NCBI RefSeq assembly: GCF_006345805.1 | Contig: NW_021835998.1 | Location: forward strand, 1-64,000 | DNA from: Octopus sinensis | Taxonomy: Eukaryota | Length of the DNA: 64,000 bases | Direction: 5' to 3' | In this document: positions 12,420 through 26,960 of the stretch, piece by piece | How positions within the stretch are numbered: position 1 is the first letter of the stretch | How the letters are laid out: each line of letters begins with the position of its first letter | Translations under genes and position numbers: made by a program | The notes under the pieces: model-generated | Told to the model about the DNA's origin: nothing | What the model saw: only the letters and a program-made list of their open reading frames with translations | Database searches by the model: none

Positions 12420-12554
12420 CGTTGAGGGGCTATTACCCAACCCGGAGTATTATCCAACCCGTAACATAATATGATTAGAAAATGTTTTTGGGATGTGAGA
12501 GAATGTGAAAAAATATTTATGGGTACGAGCTCTCAAAAGGTTTGGGAAGCCCTG
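12420..12554. mobile_element. hAT-type right-end remnant
   Basis: Ends caaaaggtttgggaagccctg, similar to the TIR at 20551; no TSD verified. Confidence 0.4.
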
Positions 12555-13049
12555 CTATAAACAATAATTCCATTAGTCTTGTGCATGTATGATTTTTGAG
12601 GTTATTTTGTAGGTTATGGTTCAAGAACTTAATTTTCCCGAATTATTAATCTGAAGATCTTTTAACTTTTCTGGGTTTAAAACCGTAGATTGTTAAAAGT
12701 TTTTTTACTTTGATAGTTTTAAAGCCATTAAAAAAGCCACAAAAAAACCATAATTTAGTGCAATTCACAAAGAATTTATTTTCAAATTATTATACTATGA
12801 TGCAGTGCCACAGTCTATCATAACTATAAATATAAGAGACATTTGCGATTCATAACGAGCTTGCTATAGAAAAATGAAAGTAAGTTTCATATTTTGTCAA
12901 TTTTATCGTTAATTAAATTTATTTCATTTTAAGGATAAATCATTTTTGTCGGATTTAAACAAAAATTTTATGCAGATAATAAGAAAAGAAACCTCCGAAA
13001 ATACCTTAATTTTTCTCATCATTTTTACATTTAAAAATCAGAAAAGTCT

Positions 13050-13330
13050 ATTAAATTACAAAATTTACATTACACGAATTTTAGATTTGGTGATAAGTTT
13101 CTGGATAAACACTACTATCCAACACCGAGGATCTGAGTTTTGCAGTATTAGGATTAAGAATTTGTGATCGACCGAGTCAAAATGTTTCTTAACATCAATC
13201 TACATAGAAAAGAACTTAGTCTCATTTTTTTAGTTTATAAACTAGTTGACGATTGTCTTTTTCTGGCTTTTTGACACACTCTTCGCGTTCCAAGCTAGTA
13301 TTTATTTGATATACTTCTGGTTAAGATTTT
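13050..13330 (-). mobile_element. Degenerate R4-like RT fragment
   Basis: Minus strand reads LGTRRVCQ and DVKKHFDSVDHKFLILIL (RT domain 2-3). Confidence 0.55.
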
Positions 13331-13521
13331 TATTAAAAATGGTTTCTTTTTTAGTTTAAATTGTATACTTTATTAAAATATATAATTTTTGTTGTTTTTA
13401 TAAAAATAAAAATGTTATATGACCTATTTTAGTTTAAAAATAATAAAATAACCAAATTAAACGACTTTGTGATTTAATTTTGGTTTTGTTACGAAACGTA
13501 CATTATTAAATAGATCTTAAA

Positions 13522-14819
13522 ATGGGAGAAATATATGACCTAAACATACCTTCAGTATCTTGTTTTGCCTTAAACAACAACAGCACAAGTATAGATAACT
13601 TTAATTACCTTCATCCGCTTAATATTCATTAATTAATTCCAGCTCTTGTTGCTTCCCCTTCAAACAAGGAAATCCGTGTTTACAAACTTACTGGCAAAAA
13701 GTGGGAGTACTCCGAGACCTTAGGACAACACACTCAAACTGTCACCCGACTGAGTTGGTATCCCAACCAAGACAAGTTTCTGTCTTGTTCCTCGGTAAAC
13801 ACATCTCCATCAACGTTAGGACAGGAACGCCTTCGTCTGGTCGTTAGAGAATGGCAAGTGGACTCCTCAGTTGGTTGTCCTTGGAATCAAGTTCAGTGCC
13901 TGCTGTGGGTCGGTCTCCCCTAAAGGTGTCTTTATTTGCTGTTTAGTACTCCAATAGGACAGAAATTGGGAGTTGGTTGCAGTGACAAACTCGTTTCCGT
14001 GTGCTTCTACCGAAAGTCTGACAACTGGTATACAGGAAAGAGGATAAAGAAGCCCATTCTGTCGACAATTACCTGGTTGTGTCTCATTGGTCACATTAGC
14101 ATTGACTGGCACCCAGATGAGGTCATGTTGGCTTGTGGATCAACTGATTCTCGAGTCAGGTAATGTATAACGTTCTGGGATATTCCAGAGTGTTTTCAAC
14201 GTACACCAAAGATCTCGATCCATCCTCTTCGGAAAGCGAATGTGGGAAGTTTGGCGACATGTACTTGGAGACGAGGAGTTGCTACAGCGGATTCGTCAAT
14301 GATGTAAAATTCTCCCCTTCTGGGAAATACTTGGCATTTGCTGCCCACGATGCCACTCTCAATGTGGTCGAAATGTCCTCTAAGAACACGTATTTGTACC
14401 ATGTGAGTCCTCAGAGTAGCAGTTCTCGATTTGACTAGTCTTCCTCTCAAGTGCATCATCTGGACTAGTGAGACCAGTCTTATTGGCGGAGTTTGTCTCT
14501 TGTGGTTATTTGCTAGGGATTCGACTTTATTCCATTTCAGTACGAGTTCAAGAACAACCATTTGAGCAAAGTGAAGGACATGGACAAGCCCAAGGCAGTC
14601 CAGGCTTCGGGGCAGTCTGCAATGAGCAAATTTAAGAACCTGGACAGGACAGCTCAAGAGGACGACGTAGTGACTGCCAACACTGTGCATGCCAATACCA
14701 TAATGTGCTTAGTTTAAGTTAGTTTTAGAGATATCAAACCATTTGCGAGGTCTGGTAATAGTGTCAGTAAAGTAGCTTCAATGTCAATTGAAGGACGGTT
14801 TGCAGTCTGGGCTATCTAA
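13522..14819 (+). CDS. ARPC1: Arp2/3 complex subunit 1 (p41), multi-exon WD40 protein
   Basis: SCSSDRNAFVWS, KRIKKPILST, IDWHPDEVMLACGSTD, AFAAHDATL, SAMSKFKNLD, C-terminal SIEGRFAVWAI; several short GT-AG introns. Confidence 0.92.
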
Positions 14820-15039
14820 TCCATTCTTTAATTCTAAGGAGATTCCTTTGGAATAACATTTATGAGTTGAATGATGGCTAATAAATTATTTTCCTTGTTT
14901 CGTTTTTAAATTTTTTCGTTTACTTATTCTTCATTTGAAATTGGAAAAATTGTGGAAATAAACCAATTTCATTTATTTCGAAAAATTGTTTTTTAATTTT
15001 CTTTCTCGTCTCGGTAAAATTCAACTTTGGACACTGCTT

Positions 15040-16150
15040 CCCATTCCAATTAATTGTTTATTGCAGACTGGCTACGCATGCCGTAAAAACCTTCCGGCAC
15101 TGCGCTTGCAAGAGAATGGGTGGAAATCGTATCGGTCGACCGTTTCGCCCCACATACAACGAGCCTGGCATATTTCTAAGTCGGACCTAGACTCGTTTTC
15201 CAGCAAAAGTCCGGCAGAGGACAAAAGTAACACCTTTAGCTAGTCACCGGAATGCGGTTTACAGGCTGCATTCAGGCGTGCGAGCTGGCGTTGATCATTT
15301 TGGGTTCAAAGGTTTTTCAGAAGTTTTTAACTTCAGTTTCTCGAGACGCATTGATCTACAAAAACGCAAGTCCGGAAGAAGACCAGACATTGGCAGCCCT
15401 CGCTTAGCACCTAGACTGTTTAGTATAAGGGAAGGGGCCATGAATGAGAGGTAGAAAGCAAAAACGAGGTTAAAGCAATTGCGAAAACCAATCCTTTCGT
15501 GCTGGATTTCAATGTTCGCTCCTGAAATAAGCTTTAAATCAACAGGGGTGTTTAAAATTTTTTCAGCGTGCGAATACGAAGGTATCAAGGGCCGATAGCT
15601 GTTTTTAGAACAAAAGGATGGAAACGACTGGAGAAAAAAATAGGTGTAAAATGAACAGAAAATTCTTTAGAAAAAACGACAACACTGGAAAGAAGCCAAA
15701 TTGCGACTATCAGACTCGGACATGATGACGCAATTATCCATGTAATTTTAAAAAAAGCAATTTTCAAAAAAGCATCAAATTGTTGACGTGGACCACTTGA
15801 CAAAACTGTTGATTAAAGGGTGGCGAAGATAAGGTTCCGACGATGTTCACGCATGATACGGCATGCGTAGCTTGTACGAAATGTCTCTCTTCTATTTCCA
15901 GGAAGAACGGATTCAGATGCCCGATATGTCAGCAATATTTCCACCTCAGCTGCCTCAAAATTTCGAAAAATGTTTAAATAAAGATTCCCAACCTGCTTTG
16001 CCTTCCATGTTTCTTGCATCGGATTCTTTACGGAGCACTCCTTTCCCTTCGTTTCTTTCACACGAGTATATATGCAAGTTAAACCGAAACGTCCTTTCCG
16101 AGGTCCCTGAGACAGCAAGGACTTTTCCAACTGGCTCTATTGATCAGCCT
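15040..16150 (+). mobile_element. Probable 5' region of a CRE-like element containing a PHD finger, decayed
   Basis: C4HC3 pattern CTKC-x9-CPIC-x4-HLSC-x13-CLPC at 15873-16010 with one stop, followed by VLSEVPETAR, resembling the pre-RT VLKRIPKxAR motif of CRE ORFs. Confidence 0.5.
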
Positions 16151-16159
16151 TAATCTTAA

Positions 16160-16890
16160 TTTTAACAATTGAGGAATCATATAGAGACTGTGAAAAGACG
16201 GCAAGATTCGAACAATGCAGACAATGAAACAATTTCATAATAGGAAATAATCACAAAAAGAAAACAATTTCTAATGCTAAGCACCAAGTGATAAATAAAA
16301 CAAGTTAGATGCTAGCTCGAGTTAATGGATGAAAGAGTAGTCAAGATCCTAAGGGTCGACTCAACAACGCTGCATTGCGTATTCAATGGCAGTTTATACG
16401 GAGCACTGAGACGAGCTAAAAGAGCCAGCTTGTCCTCCTCTGGTCGTTTGTTTTTTAGGAGATTCTTCTACCAATGCCAGTGAGGAGTTGAGTTGCGGTC
16501 TTAGCGACGATTCCTGAAATTTAGAAGGGAAGGGGGGCAAACTCAAAAGAGTCTGGAATACACAGGTATTTCGTTCTCGAATTTTTCGGTCTGAGGACTG
16601 GCGGAGCCCGATTGCTGCAAGTATTAGTGACATTGTCGCCAAAAAAGAGTCGACAGAGATGGCGTCCTAAACCAGGGACTTGCCTTCCCTAAAAGGAAAG
16701 GTCGTCATCTCTTCGAGATGCTTAATGTCGCTCCGGAAAAGGTCGACTGGCTTTAAACTGGAAGGGAAATCCTCCGACTGGAGCCCTCCTGAAAACGTCA
16801 TTAAGTTGAATGTGGCGAGGAATTATACCGGCACTCTTCTTACACGACAAGGCGTGCAAGCCGTTCGACGAAACTATGAACTCGCAGATT
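16160..16890 (-). mobile_element. CRE-clade 3' fragment (REL domain and 3' UTR)
   Basis: GLHALSCKKSAGIIPRHIQLN, WDAISVDSF; nucleotide homology to 50-620. Confidence 0.85.
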
Positions 16891-16929
16891 TTAAAGCTTA
16901 AAATCAATAACATTTAAACACTAAATTTC

Positions 16930-17889
16930 TCAAGATGAAATATTAAAAGTATCTTGAAATATTATAAATAAAAAATCAAATTTAGGATTCCAGATTTTGA
17001 ATTTCGTCACAAAAAAACTCTGAATCCCTGACTGAATTGAAGCATTCAAAAAAATTTTCCGGGAAGCATAAATCCCTCTAAACAGTATCTCACCCCAACA
17101 AATACCTCCAACGATCCACCAGGAAGTACATTGAAAGATATAAATTGATTCGAAGTTGTAATTACCATCAAACAACGTCCCTTAAATATGACTATATCAG
17201 CAATCTTGTCCTCCAAATTATACTCCGCAGACACCTCCAATCGATCCATATCGAGAGAAACACTCACCAGTTTATTGTCGCTACTCTATGATTATAAATC
17301 TACAAACTGAGAAAGTATTAGCAAAGAACACTCGTCACACCACACAAGGCACTGAATCCCCCGATCTAAAACACAGGAGTGCAGAGGAAGGCCAGAGTCG
17401 ACGTCCCAGAGAAATATTTTATTGTCCTGTCAATATTTTGTAACCAATTTGACTAACTTGACCAACTGAGATTAATCGATTAAAGTGAGAGGTGACAGAT
17501 ATGAGGGCCTTTAAGGCACTGTCTGGAGAATTTGAGTCCGTCAAATGACCAAGACATATAGAATTAATGACAAATGAGTTCGGAGGTCTCAGTGATATCC
17601 TAATTTTACCATTGCGGTCTCCAGTAGCAATTAGGTGAGGCCCCACATCACACTATTCTCAAAAATATACAAAATATACCAAAACAGTGACGCTGGAAAT
17701 ATGACTGCAAACAAACAAAAGTTCTTTTCCATTTATTTGACCCTGGAAGACATTTCCTCTTTTATCGGCAATTAAAAGTGTGCCGGCATCGTCGATGAAA
17801 GAAAAGACTGAAATCCTTTTATTCAAATTACTAATTAATTAAGTAATGTCAATACAAGGATTGGACGTGTATTTTTTGTTGTAGATCAT
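16930..17889 (-). CDS. WDR4: tRNA m7G46 methyltransferase non-catalytic subunit (WDR4/Trm82), multi-exon; ends approximate
   Basis: LLIADKRGNVF...SHISSV and LIATGDRNGKIRIS...ICLGH match Trm82 motifs ADKxGDV and TADRDEKIRVS...FCLGH. Confidence 0.7.
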
Positions 17890-18236
17890 ATATATTTAAC
17901 TTTGTAGGATTTACTAAGTCTAATTGAGCAAAATATGTTCCACATTTTGAAAGGGAATTAAGAACATTATTATTTGGACTGATATTTAGTTTGATAGTAG
18001 TGACGTGATCGTTACTTTGTAGTTTAGAATAAAAGTATACTCAAAATTCCAGCATAGCAATTTAATTGGAGAATAAATGATCAAATTATTTTTACTGCAA
18101 AATAATGATTTCATTGAACAACAAAAACTGATAAAAGTCACGAGATGGATTTTTCCTTACTTATTCTTTAATTTTTATATAAAATTTAAATAAATAAATA
18201 TATGCTCATTTTATTTAAAAAATTTCATAAAATTGT

Positions 18237-19851
18237 TTGAAACAAGGTGACCCCCTTGGTCCATTACTCTTCTCCATGGGCGTTAACCCAACAGCACACG
18301 CCGTAAAATCACCGCTCAACGTTTGGTATCTGGATGACATTACTATTGGTGGTCCTGCTCACCAAGTCATCTTGGATATCGAATCAATCGCTTTAAGTCT
18401 GAACAAAATTGGATTACAGTTGAACCCTTCAAAATGTGAGATCATAAACCTCAACGCCAACGAGGAAGATTTCGCGACTATAGTGGAAAAATATCACTCA
18501 GTCTTACCGGGTGGTATTATAACCAGGAAAGGGTCGCTTGAAGTCTTAGGATCTCCCATTTTTTCGGAAGGAATCGAGAAAATACTGTCCGGAAAATTAT
18601 CCACTTTTGAGTTTATGCCAAGCAGGCTATCCATCCTGGACGCTCACGAAGGGTTTTTCTTGTTGAAAAACTTCATATCACTCCCCAAGCTACAACACGT
18701 TCTCCGCTCTGCCCCCTGCTTTATAAACCCTGAACTTCTCAAAGAACTGGAAACAGGGCTGAAACACAGTGCCGAAAATCTCTACAACATTCGTTTTGAC
18801 GAAGCCTCGTGGACCCAAGCCACGCTTCCAATACGATTCGGAGGCATTGGTCTCCGCTCTCCAGCAGATATTGCATTACCCGCTTTCCTCTCTTCTCGAT
18901 TGTCGTGTGACTCACTGGTGGTTGCTGTTCTCCCCCTTTCCACTGAACGCAACGCATCCTCCTGGTATCAGATGGCAATCGAAATTTGGTCGAACAAAGG
19001 CCTCAAGACACCTGCTAACTCATTCTCACAGAGATGTTGGGACGACCTGCATTCTATGTCAATTTACCACCACTTGGAAGAGGTCTCTGATCAATTTCGT
19101 CTTGCATGCCTTAGAAGCGCTTCACAAAAACAATCCGGAGCGTGGCTCAATGCATGTCCTATCCCTTCAGTCGGAAACAAACTGGACGACGAGACATTGC
19201 GAATTGCAATCTCCTTACGCCTTTGCATGAAGATCTGTCGCCAGCACCGCTGTAGTTGCAGGGCTTCCGTTGACGAATTCGGACGGCACGCTCTCTCATG
19301 CAGACGCAGTGCAGGCCGGTTTCCAAGACATCACGCAATGAACCTAATTGTCAAGAACGCTTTGCATGCAGCTGGTTTCCCGGCACAGCTGGAGCCTCCT
19401 GGTCTCATCCGCACAGACGGAAAAAGACCTGATGGGATAACAATCTTCCCGTACACCAACGGGAAGTGCCTTGTTTGGGACTGCGCCTACACCGACACCT
19501 ACTCAGAGACAAACCTGATCGCCTCAGCCTCCTCTCCAGGATATGCTTCACAGAACTACGAAAAAATCAAAAAATTAAAATATTCAGAGCTCAAGGACAG
19601 GTTCATAGTTCAACCGATTATTGTGGAGTCATCTGGAGTCTTCGGTCCGGAATCAATCTCTTTCATTAGGAAACTTGGATCCCTGATCTCGGTTCAGACG
19701 AAAGATAGAAGGGAGACCGAATGGCTGTTTCAACGCCTTTCAACAACCGTTGTCAGGGGTAATAGCCACGCTATCCTTTCTGCTCTTAAGCAACCTTAAT
19801 TAACTTATATTTTCTTTTCAAATAAATATCATTAAAATAAAAAAAAAAAAA
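18237..19851 (+). mobile_element. CRE-clade retrotransposon, 5'-truncated, uninterrupted 520-aa ORF (RT C-half and REL), poly(A) tail
   Basis: QGDPLGPLLF, WYLDDITIGG, GRFPRHH, KRPDG, WDCAYTDT, VESSGVFG, VVRGN; A-run ending at 19851. Confidence 0.95.
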
Positions 19852-20550
19852 TTGATGGATATTGTTTGATTGTTACTAGAAGATGCAGACGATCTAGACA
19901 GCTTTCGAAAAATCGGAATTTCAAGAAGAATGTGGAGGTTTAACAAAATTGTCCAACAAAGTTTCGCAAATTCGACGAGAGGACTATGACTTTCTTATTG
20001 TTATGGATGTGCGAATAATAAGAAAATGAATAGTGTTGTTTATCAATAAATAATCTTTCTATTTCGGGATCTTTGATAAAAGGAACGCCCGAATATCATG
20101 CACAACTGCAGTCTCTCACGATAAACTGATTTTAAATTGAACAATGATCAACATCCTTGTTTGAAGAGATATGTATTGAAAACAAAGGAAAAAAATCAAG
20201 TATATAAAATCCAAGTACAAATTTCTGTTTATGTTTTCATTGTGTTTAAATATACAACTTTTATTTATCACGTACGCAGATAGTTGCGCGACAACAGTTG
20301 GGCCCATAAAAATTGAGGACCGATAACGGAGTTTTTACTTTGTTCACACGTCCATAGGAGACAGTATTCAAATGATCTTGAGCGATTTCGTGATGATTTT
20401 GTATGTGACCAGTTGTTCATTGTCAAGCATGCACGTGCGCTTCTTTCGGAGACGACCGTCGCGAGACGAGCTCGCTATTCCAAAGAATTTCCTTTGCCAT
20501 TCTTGGGGGCAATTTAAAGGCAAAGTTTTTAACAGCGGCATTGTCTAGTT

Positions 20551-21260
<710 letters not shown>

Positions 21261-22099
21261 GTCTAGTTAGTTAAGCGCCCTTTTGCGTAGCCCACAAAGG
21301 GTTTCGTTTGAACCACGCATTTCCCCTATGCCGCTTCGATTATGTCTTTGATATTTTCAAAAAGCCGCTTCGAGTGACCATATTGGTGCCAAATTTCATT
21401 GAATGCTTTATTCAAATTCTCATCAGAAAGCAATAGACTTATTAATCTTAGACAATCCTTGTCAAGTAGTTTCTTTAGGATATTCATGAGTTTTTCTCTG
21501 TTAGTGATGTCGAATGCATTTGTAGGATTTGGAATACTTTTGAGTATTTTTGACATATTGAAATAAGGCATATATGACACCATACGACATCTGAGGTAGA
21601 CCTTCTACTTCAGAACCAACTTTAACTTTTAGAGAGGTATTTTTCCACAGGCTCTCGGATATTGTTAAGCTCTATGATCAATGAAGTTTTTCTGATAGTT
21701 GAAAGTAAGATAATGGCCCTTATTCCATCCAGTGACTTTTTTTCCAGGTTTGTGAATTGAGATTAAGAGAACAGTGAAGTTCCAATGACTTGTTCAATAT
21801 GTCGGTGATTATATTCCTAACAATAACCGGAACATGTTTTAGTAACTCGCTAGGTATACAATCATAGCCAGTTGACCGATTGCTTTTGACGTGTATGAAT
21901 GCATCTGTAAATTTTATTACTGTAAAATTGTTTATATAGCTCCTACGGAGGTACTTTACTGTAAATAGGTACTTTGACATCTGTTAAAAACACTTTAAGT
22001 GGTATTTTAAAGTCTGTTAATAACACTGTTAAGGTCGATTATGATAATAGCTTTAATTTTGATTAATGGTCGATAAAGATATATGGCATTTAATTTTAT

Positions 22100-22560
22100 A
22101 GTACACACACAGACAGCTCGTATTGAATGCTGATATGTAGATAAACAGTCATCTACATCCCTTTTCACAATAATATCGTCATACCTTTCAACAGAAGTCA
22201 GGGGATTTTAGGAGTGATTCTTGATATGCATCTCTGCTTTTCTCCACATGTAGATAACATACCTCTGATATGCGAAAAGAAAATGGTTAATCTGGACCTC
22301 CTTGAATATGAAAAAGTGGTTCTCATTCGAAAAGAAAATGATTAATCAAGGAAGCTTAATCAAGGCCGTCCAGATTAATCAAACATTGATGATATAGAAA
22401 CAAATCTGAACTTCAAAATGCTGCTCTATGTGGCTGTAAAACCGACTAGTCGCCCGGTGTGGTCTCGTGCAGGTTTGTGAGAAGAAGATGTTCTCGCTTG
22501 CGAAGTTCATCGGGATCACGTGATTCATTTGTTCTGTTTTTACCGTGGTCTTAATGTAAA
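22100..22560 (+). mobile_element. 3' fragment of the Jockey/I-like LINE family
   Basis: GILGVILDMHLCFSPHVDNI; 3' end gggatcacgtga...ccgtggtctt matches the reverse complement of 38165-38210. Confidence 0.55.
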
Positions 22561-22702
22561 TAAAAAATTTTTATACATTCAATTAATCAATTAAAGCTAC
22601 AATTATAACTAAATTCAATAAAACAACTATGACAATGACCTAATTATTGACTGTTTATTGGATTAGGAATAGAGGCAATAAAGATTCTGAATAATAATTT
22701 TA

Positions 22703-23821
22703 TTAATTCTATATTAAAATGTAAGCGAATGTTATTATGAAAACACTTCCTCTTTCAACTGAATTATCTCCGCAAATGCATCAGCCAATTCGTCTTTTAG
22801 TTTTTCGTAGTTAGAACAAATGTCAACTTTGCCGGAATAATTCCAACTCAATCGTTCCACCAATTGATTTAACGATTTTAACTGAGTTTTCCTATCTTTG
22901 AGGGACGACTCCACGACTTGGAGATCATGTGTTAGTTGTGCGACAATATTTGTCAGTTGAACTACTTTTGCTTCTTTAATAACTAATTTGTTCATAGTCT
23001 CAACACAGTGTTTGTCGAGTTGATATATGTCTCGTACTGGAAACTGTTTCTTCATGTATTCCACTTTGTTATTAGCAACAACCAACTTTCTGTTGGCATT
23101 GCATAACTGTTCTTGGAGAATGGACATCTTTTCTTGAGCAAACGCTGCCTCCACGCGTCCACAGTGAGCTCTAAACCTGATTAACAACAATTTACTCTCT
23201 ATTTTTTATTTTCTCTTCTAAAACAGCATTTTTTCGAACAAGATTTAAATTTTGAAAAGAAAGCTGTTTCTGTCGTTCCAAATATTCCTCAATTTTTCGA
23301 TTTAACAAGATTTTTTCCAGTTTATACAAAGAGTGTGATTTTTCCAGGATATTTTCAACATGTGAGAATCTTTGTTGTAAAATAATAAGTTTTTTGCGAA
23401 ATGAATCCTCAATTTCTCTGTTGTGGTTAAAAAATGAACGAAGAAAGTTGTCAATTCCCGAAAGACGAACATTTAGAGATTCAATAATCTTTTGTACTAA
23501 AAAATACTTAAAATGAAAAATTACAATCAATTTTATTTACAGTCTTGGTTTTGTTTTCATCAAAAATGACCTGATTTATATATACATTTTTGTTTCGTTC
23601 TGAAGAAAAATCAACCTTTTGGGCAATTTGGGTCGAATTCTTCGAATTCTGTCTTTTGTTTTTTTTCTTTTTTTTCACTGCATGCTTAATTTTTGTTTTG
23701 TAATCTGATCTATTTAAAGGTTATCAAAAGATATTTACTTTAAAAATCGGACAATATAAACAAAGGCAATAAGCAAAGTAAAAGCAACCAAAAGGACTAA
23801 TAACGGCGACTCTGATAACAT
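22703..23821 (-). CDS. N-terminally anchored coiled-coil protein, kinectin/RRBP1-like architecture (about 330 aa)
   Basis: Reconstructed MLSESPLLVLLVAFTLLIAFVYIVRFLK|SDYKTKIKHAVKKKKKNKR, joined by short GT-AG introns to the coiled-coil ORFs 23192-23530 and 22735-23190. Confidence 0.55.
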
Positions 23822-24049
23822 CTATTAAATTTTTTAATTGATTAAGAACAAAAATAAGTAATGAAAATCTGAAAATTATCAAACTAATTCACATTGGATT
23901 TAAATATTATATTAAGAAAAAAGTAAATAATTTTTTATTAATTTTAATATTATTTTATTAAATTTGCTATTTTAAAAAAACTGAAAAAATATCTGACAAA
24001 GAAATAATTGGAAACACAAAAGTACAATATGGTCACAAATTCTGACAGC

Positions 24050-24700
24050 TTAGTTTTTGAGCATATTAGACAAAGCTCATTAGCTCTCTTCAAGGCTATT
24101 CCATTCAATCTTGATTTGTTAGATATATTTTTTAAAAGTACTTCAAAATGTTATGTCAGTTGACTATCGGTACTCTGTCAATATATCATTGATCTTATGT
24201 CAATCATTAATGCTACAAATTTGATTAGGATTGGATTTAGTTGTAAGATTCCTTAACTTTTCAATCAGTAATGTCATTGGCGAGCGTACACGTACACTTC
24301 TTTAGGAGATCAGAATATGAATCTCCATTAAGCCAGCGCCTTTATCCCCAACCGACGAGAACTATATTTTCTCGTCCAAGTTTGATATTATAAGTCTGAT
24401 AAGATGTGAAATTGACCTTCAAGATTTGTCAGGATGAGGAAAACCGATTAAGCACGTCTTATTTTATAGCTTTGTATTTAAGATTTTCTAAGATTACTAG
24501 TTTATGGAACTAAACCATTCATTTATGTTGATAAAGACATCAACCTTCATTGCCAATTATAATTGTTTAAGAAAATATTCTTATATTTTCAAACTCTTCC
24601 AATTATGTAGAGATGCTTCTCTGTGATTCTGTTTTGGGCGAGTAGAAATACTTTTTTGAAGTCAAATTTTTGGTTAGAGAGGAAATCCTCTGGCCATTAA
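24050..24700 (-). mobile_element. Highly degenerate LINE RT remnant
   Basis: Stop-ridden GFPHPDKS...LIISNLDEK...LLIEKL, resembling RT domain 2-3. Confidence 0.4.
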
Positions 24701-24876
24701 TCTTCCTCATACACTAAAAAAATATCAAGAATAGTTTTTGCAGCAGAAGAGTTAAAATAATTAAAAAATTATTTAAATAATAGTTTAATATATTTATACT
24801 TAATTTAAATAATCAATTATCACATAACTTGGTTGTTTGTGCAAAGTATGTCATGATTATTTATCTGTTAATTAGA

Positions 24877-25434
24877 ATGGCAAGCAAAAAAACTGTAAAG
24901 AGACCTCAAAAAAGACAACAAAGGAGCACATCTAACATATTTGCAATGATTGAGCCTGATCAAATAAAGCGTTTCAAAGAAGTTTTTGGAATAATTGACC
25001 AAGATTCAGACGGAGTAATATCAAAAAATGATCTAAGGAACACCTACAACAATCTCGGTTGAAATATTTTAGTTTATTGCCCAGGGTTGACACCTTCTGA
25101 CGCGGATTTGGAAGAAATGCTAGCCGAAGCTCAGGGAAATCTTAATTTCACGATGTACCTGGCCATGTTTGGTGAAAGACTGAAGGAGTCTGACCCTGAA
25201 AGCGTGATTGCGACTGCTTTTGCCTGTTTGGACAGCGAGGGGACTGGATATGTAATGGAAGACGACCTGAGATCATATTTGACCACTATGGGAGACAGAA
25301 TGACCGACGAGGAAGTTTAATTTCATATTCTATTCAAGATTGACGTCATACTCCGAGATGCCAAAGTCAAAGACGAGAAGGTGTACTACAAAGAGTGTGC
25401 TGCTATGCTCAAGCAAGGACGAAAGGACGACTGA
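24877..25434 (+). CDS. MYL12: Myosin II regulatory light chain (non-muscle/smooth type), 3 coding exons
   Basis: [10 protein letters not shown] phosphorylation motif, EF-hand [26 protein letters not shown]; introns 25058-25084 (27 nt) and 25315-25338 (24 nt); exact paralog not resolvable. Confidence 0.95.
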
Positions 25435-26049
25435 ATGACTGTTTAATACTAATAAGATATAGTTTCATTTGGTTAATTATTTATTAATCAACCTATTTGT
25501 TCATTTTATAGAAATTGCGGTTTTAATTAAGGTTATAATCGAATATTTTTAGATTATTGATATTTATTGGTTTATCCTAGAACGGAGTCCTAACGATATT
25601 GATTTGTGATTCTCGACATTTAATTTTTTATCGATTAAATTTAGTATTTTTATAAAATCGATAGGCTAAAAATTATACTATGTTTAATGACAGTTAAGTG
25701 CTCAAAAAAGCATTTTGTTAACTTCCAAGAAACATAAAATTTCCGTTGGTAAGTATTTGATGATATAATAAATTTTTTGACAATGTATTGCCATCAAAAA
25801 TTGGATGAATCAGAAATTGATAGCTGGGATTTGAAAGTAAGGCCTTTTTGAAATGTGACATTCCATTAACTAAATTATTGATGTCTTTGTTTACCGATTT
25901 ATTCAAATGCAACCAGATTCCACTTCCTTCACAATCACTAGCTAAAAATTGTGCTAAATATATTGCTAATTAATATATGGATTCGTTTACAATCAAATTC
26001 AAGTATTCCATCAAATTTTATTTTATAGAACACAAAAAAATTTTGCGAT

Positions 26050-26950
26050 AACCGATGAGACTCAAATCCCAAACCAACGATATGTCGCGGGTTTGATGAG
26101 ATTAATCAAACTCCCTAAAATTACTTATTTGGTGTCATTCACGCAAATTGATTATGCACCTACAAAAATATTATAGCGCAGATTGTTGATGATTGAAAGA
26201 CTACTTGCCGGAAGCCTGAAAGACTCGTAAGAATCCTCTGTGCCCGGATGGTCTTTAAGAGAACTTGTTGCTCACTATAATTGTGGTTAGCATTGAGACA
26301 CTTTGGTGTCTTTTTTTATTTCCCCGTTAACGATTTTTCCTTGTTCTTTGCGCTTTAGTTTTGTGAACAATAAAAACAATTCAATGTGAGCGAATTCTTG
26401 GGGAAATTAGGATTGGAATTAAATTTCTCCAAGTCGGCGATTAATTCACGATTATATGACGATTTGATCAAATTCTTGGAGGATCGCGGTGGTTATAAGT
26501 ACTTCGGGATCACAGAGAGCCTCAAATCGCTCATACTATCTGAAACTAAGATCCAAATATTAGGGGGAGTGCAGAAGTAGGCAGCAATTTTATGTAAAAC
26601 TAGTTTAAATGCTAGGACATTATCCCATGCATTGAATAAGTATGCAATTTCATTGATTAGTTATTATGTGGGTATTGTGGACTTTGAGCCACATGAGTAC
26701 GATGATATGGATTGTATGATCCGTAGAATACTAAAAAAAGACCAGGTTCATGTGCTGGCAGCCAATAAGGAGAGGTTATATCCGTCACGTGCTAAATTTG
26801 AAAGGGAGCTCTGTGGAGTGGCCCATTGAAATGAGTGTATTTTTTAAAGATGTATGATCACCTGTACGCGATCTTGCATACCGAAAAGTCACGAGCTAGT
26901 CACCCTGGAACCATGAAGTCATATTTATTGGCTAAGTACGGTTTTACGAT
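26050..26950 (+). mobile_element. R4-like RT fragment, decayed
   Basis: GLELNFSKSA, YKYFGI, NKYAISLISYYVG, ANKERLY. Confidence 0.75.
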
Positions 26951-26960
26951 TGAACAAGTA

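Noticed and set aside
19860-20030. SQIRREDYDFLIVMD resembling low-molecular-weight phosphatase ACP1
   Set aside because: Short match; no CxGNICRS P-loop found upstream
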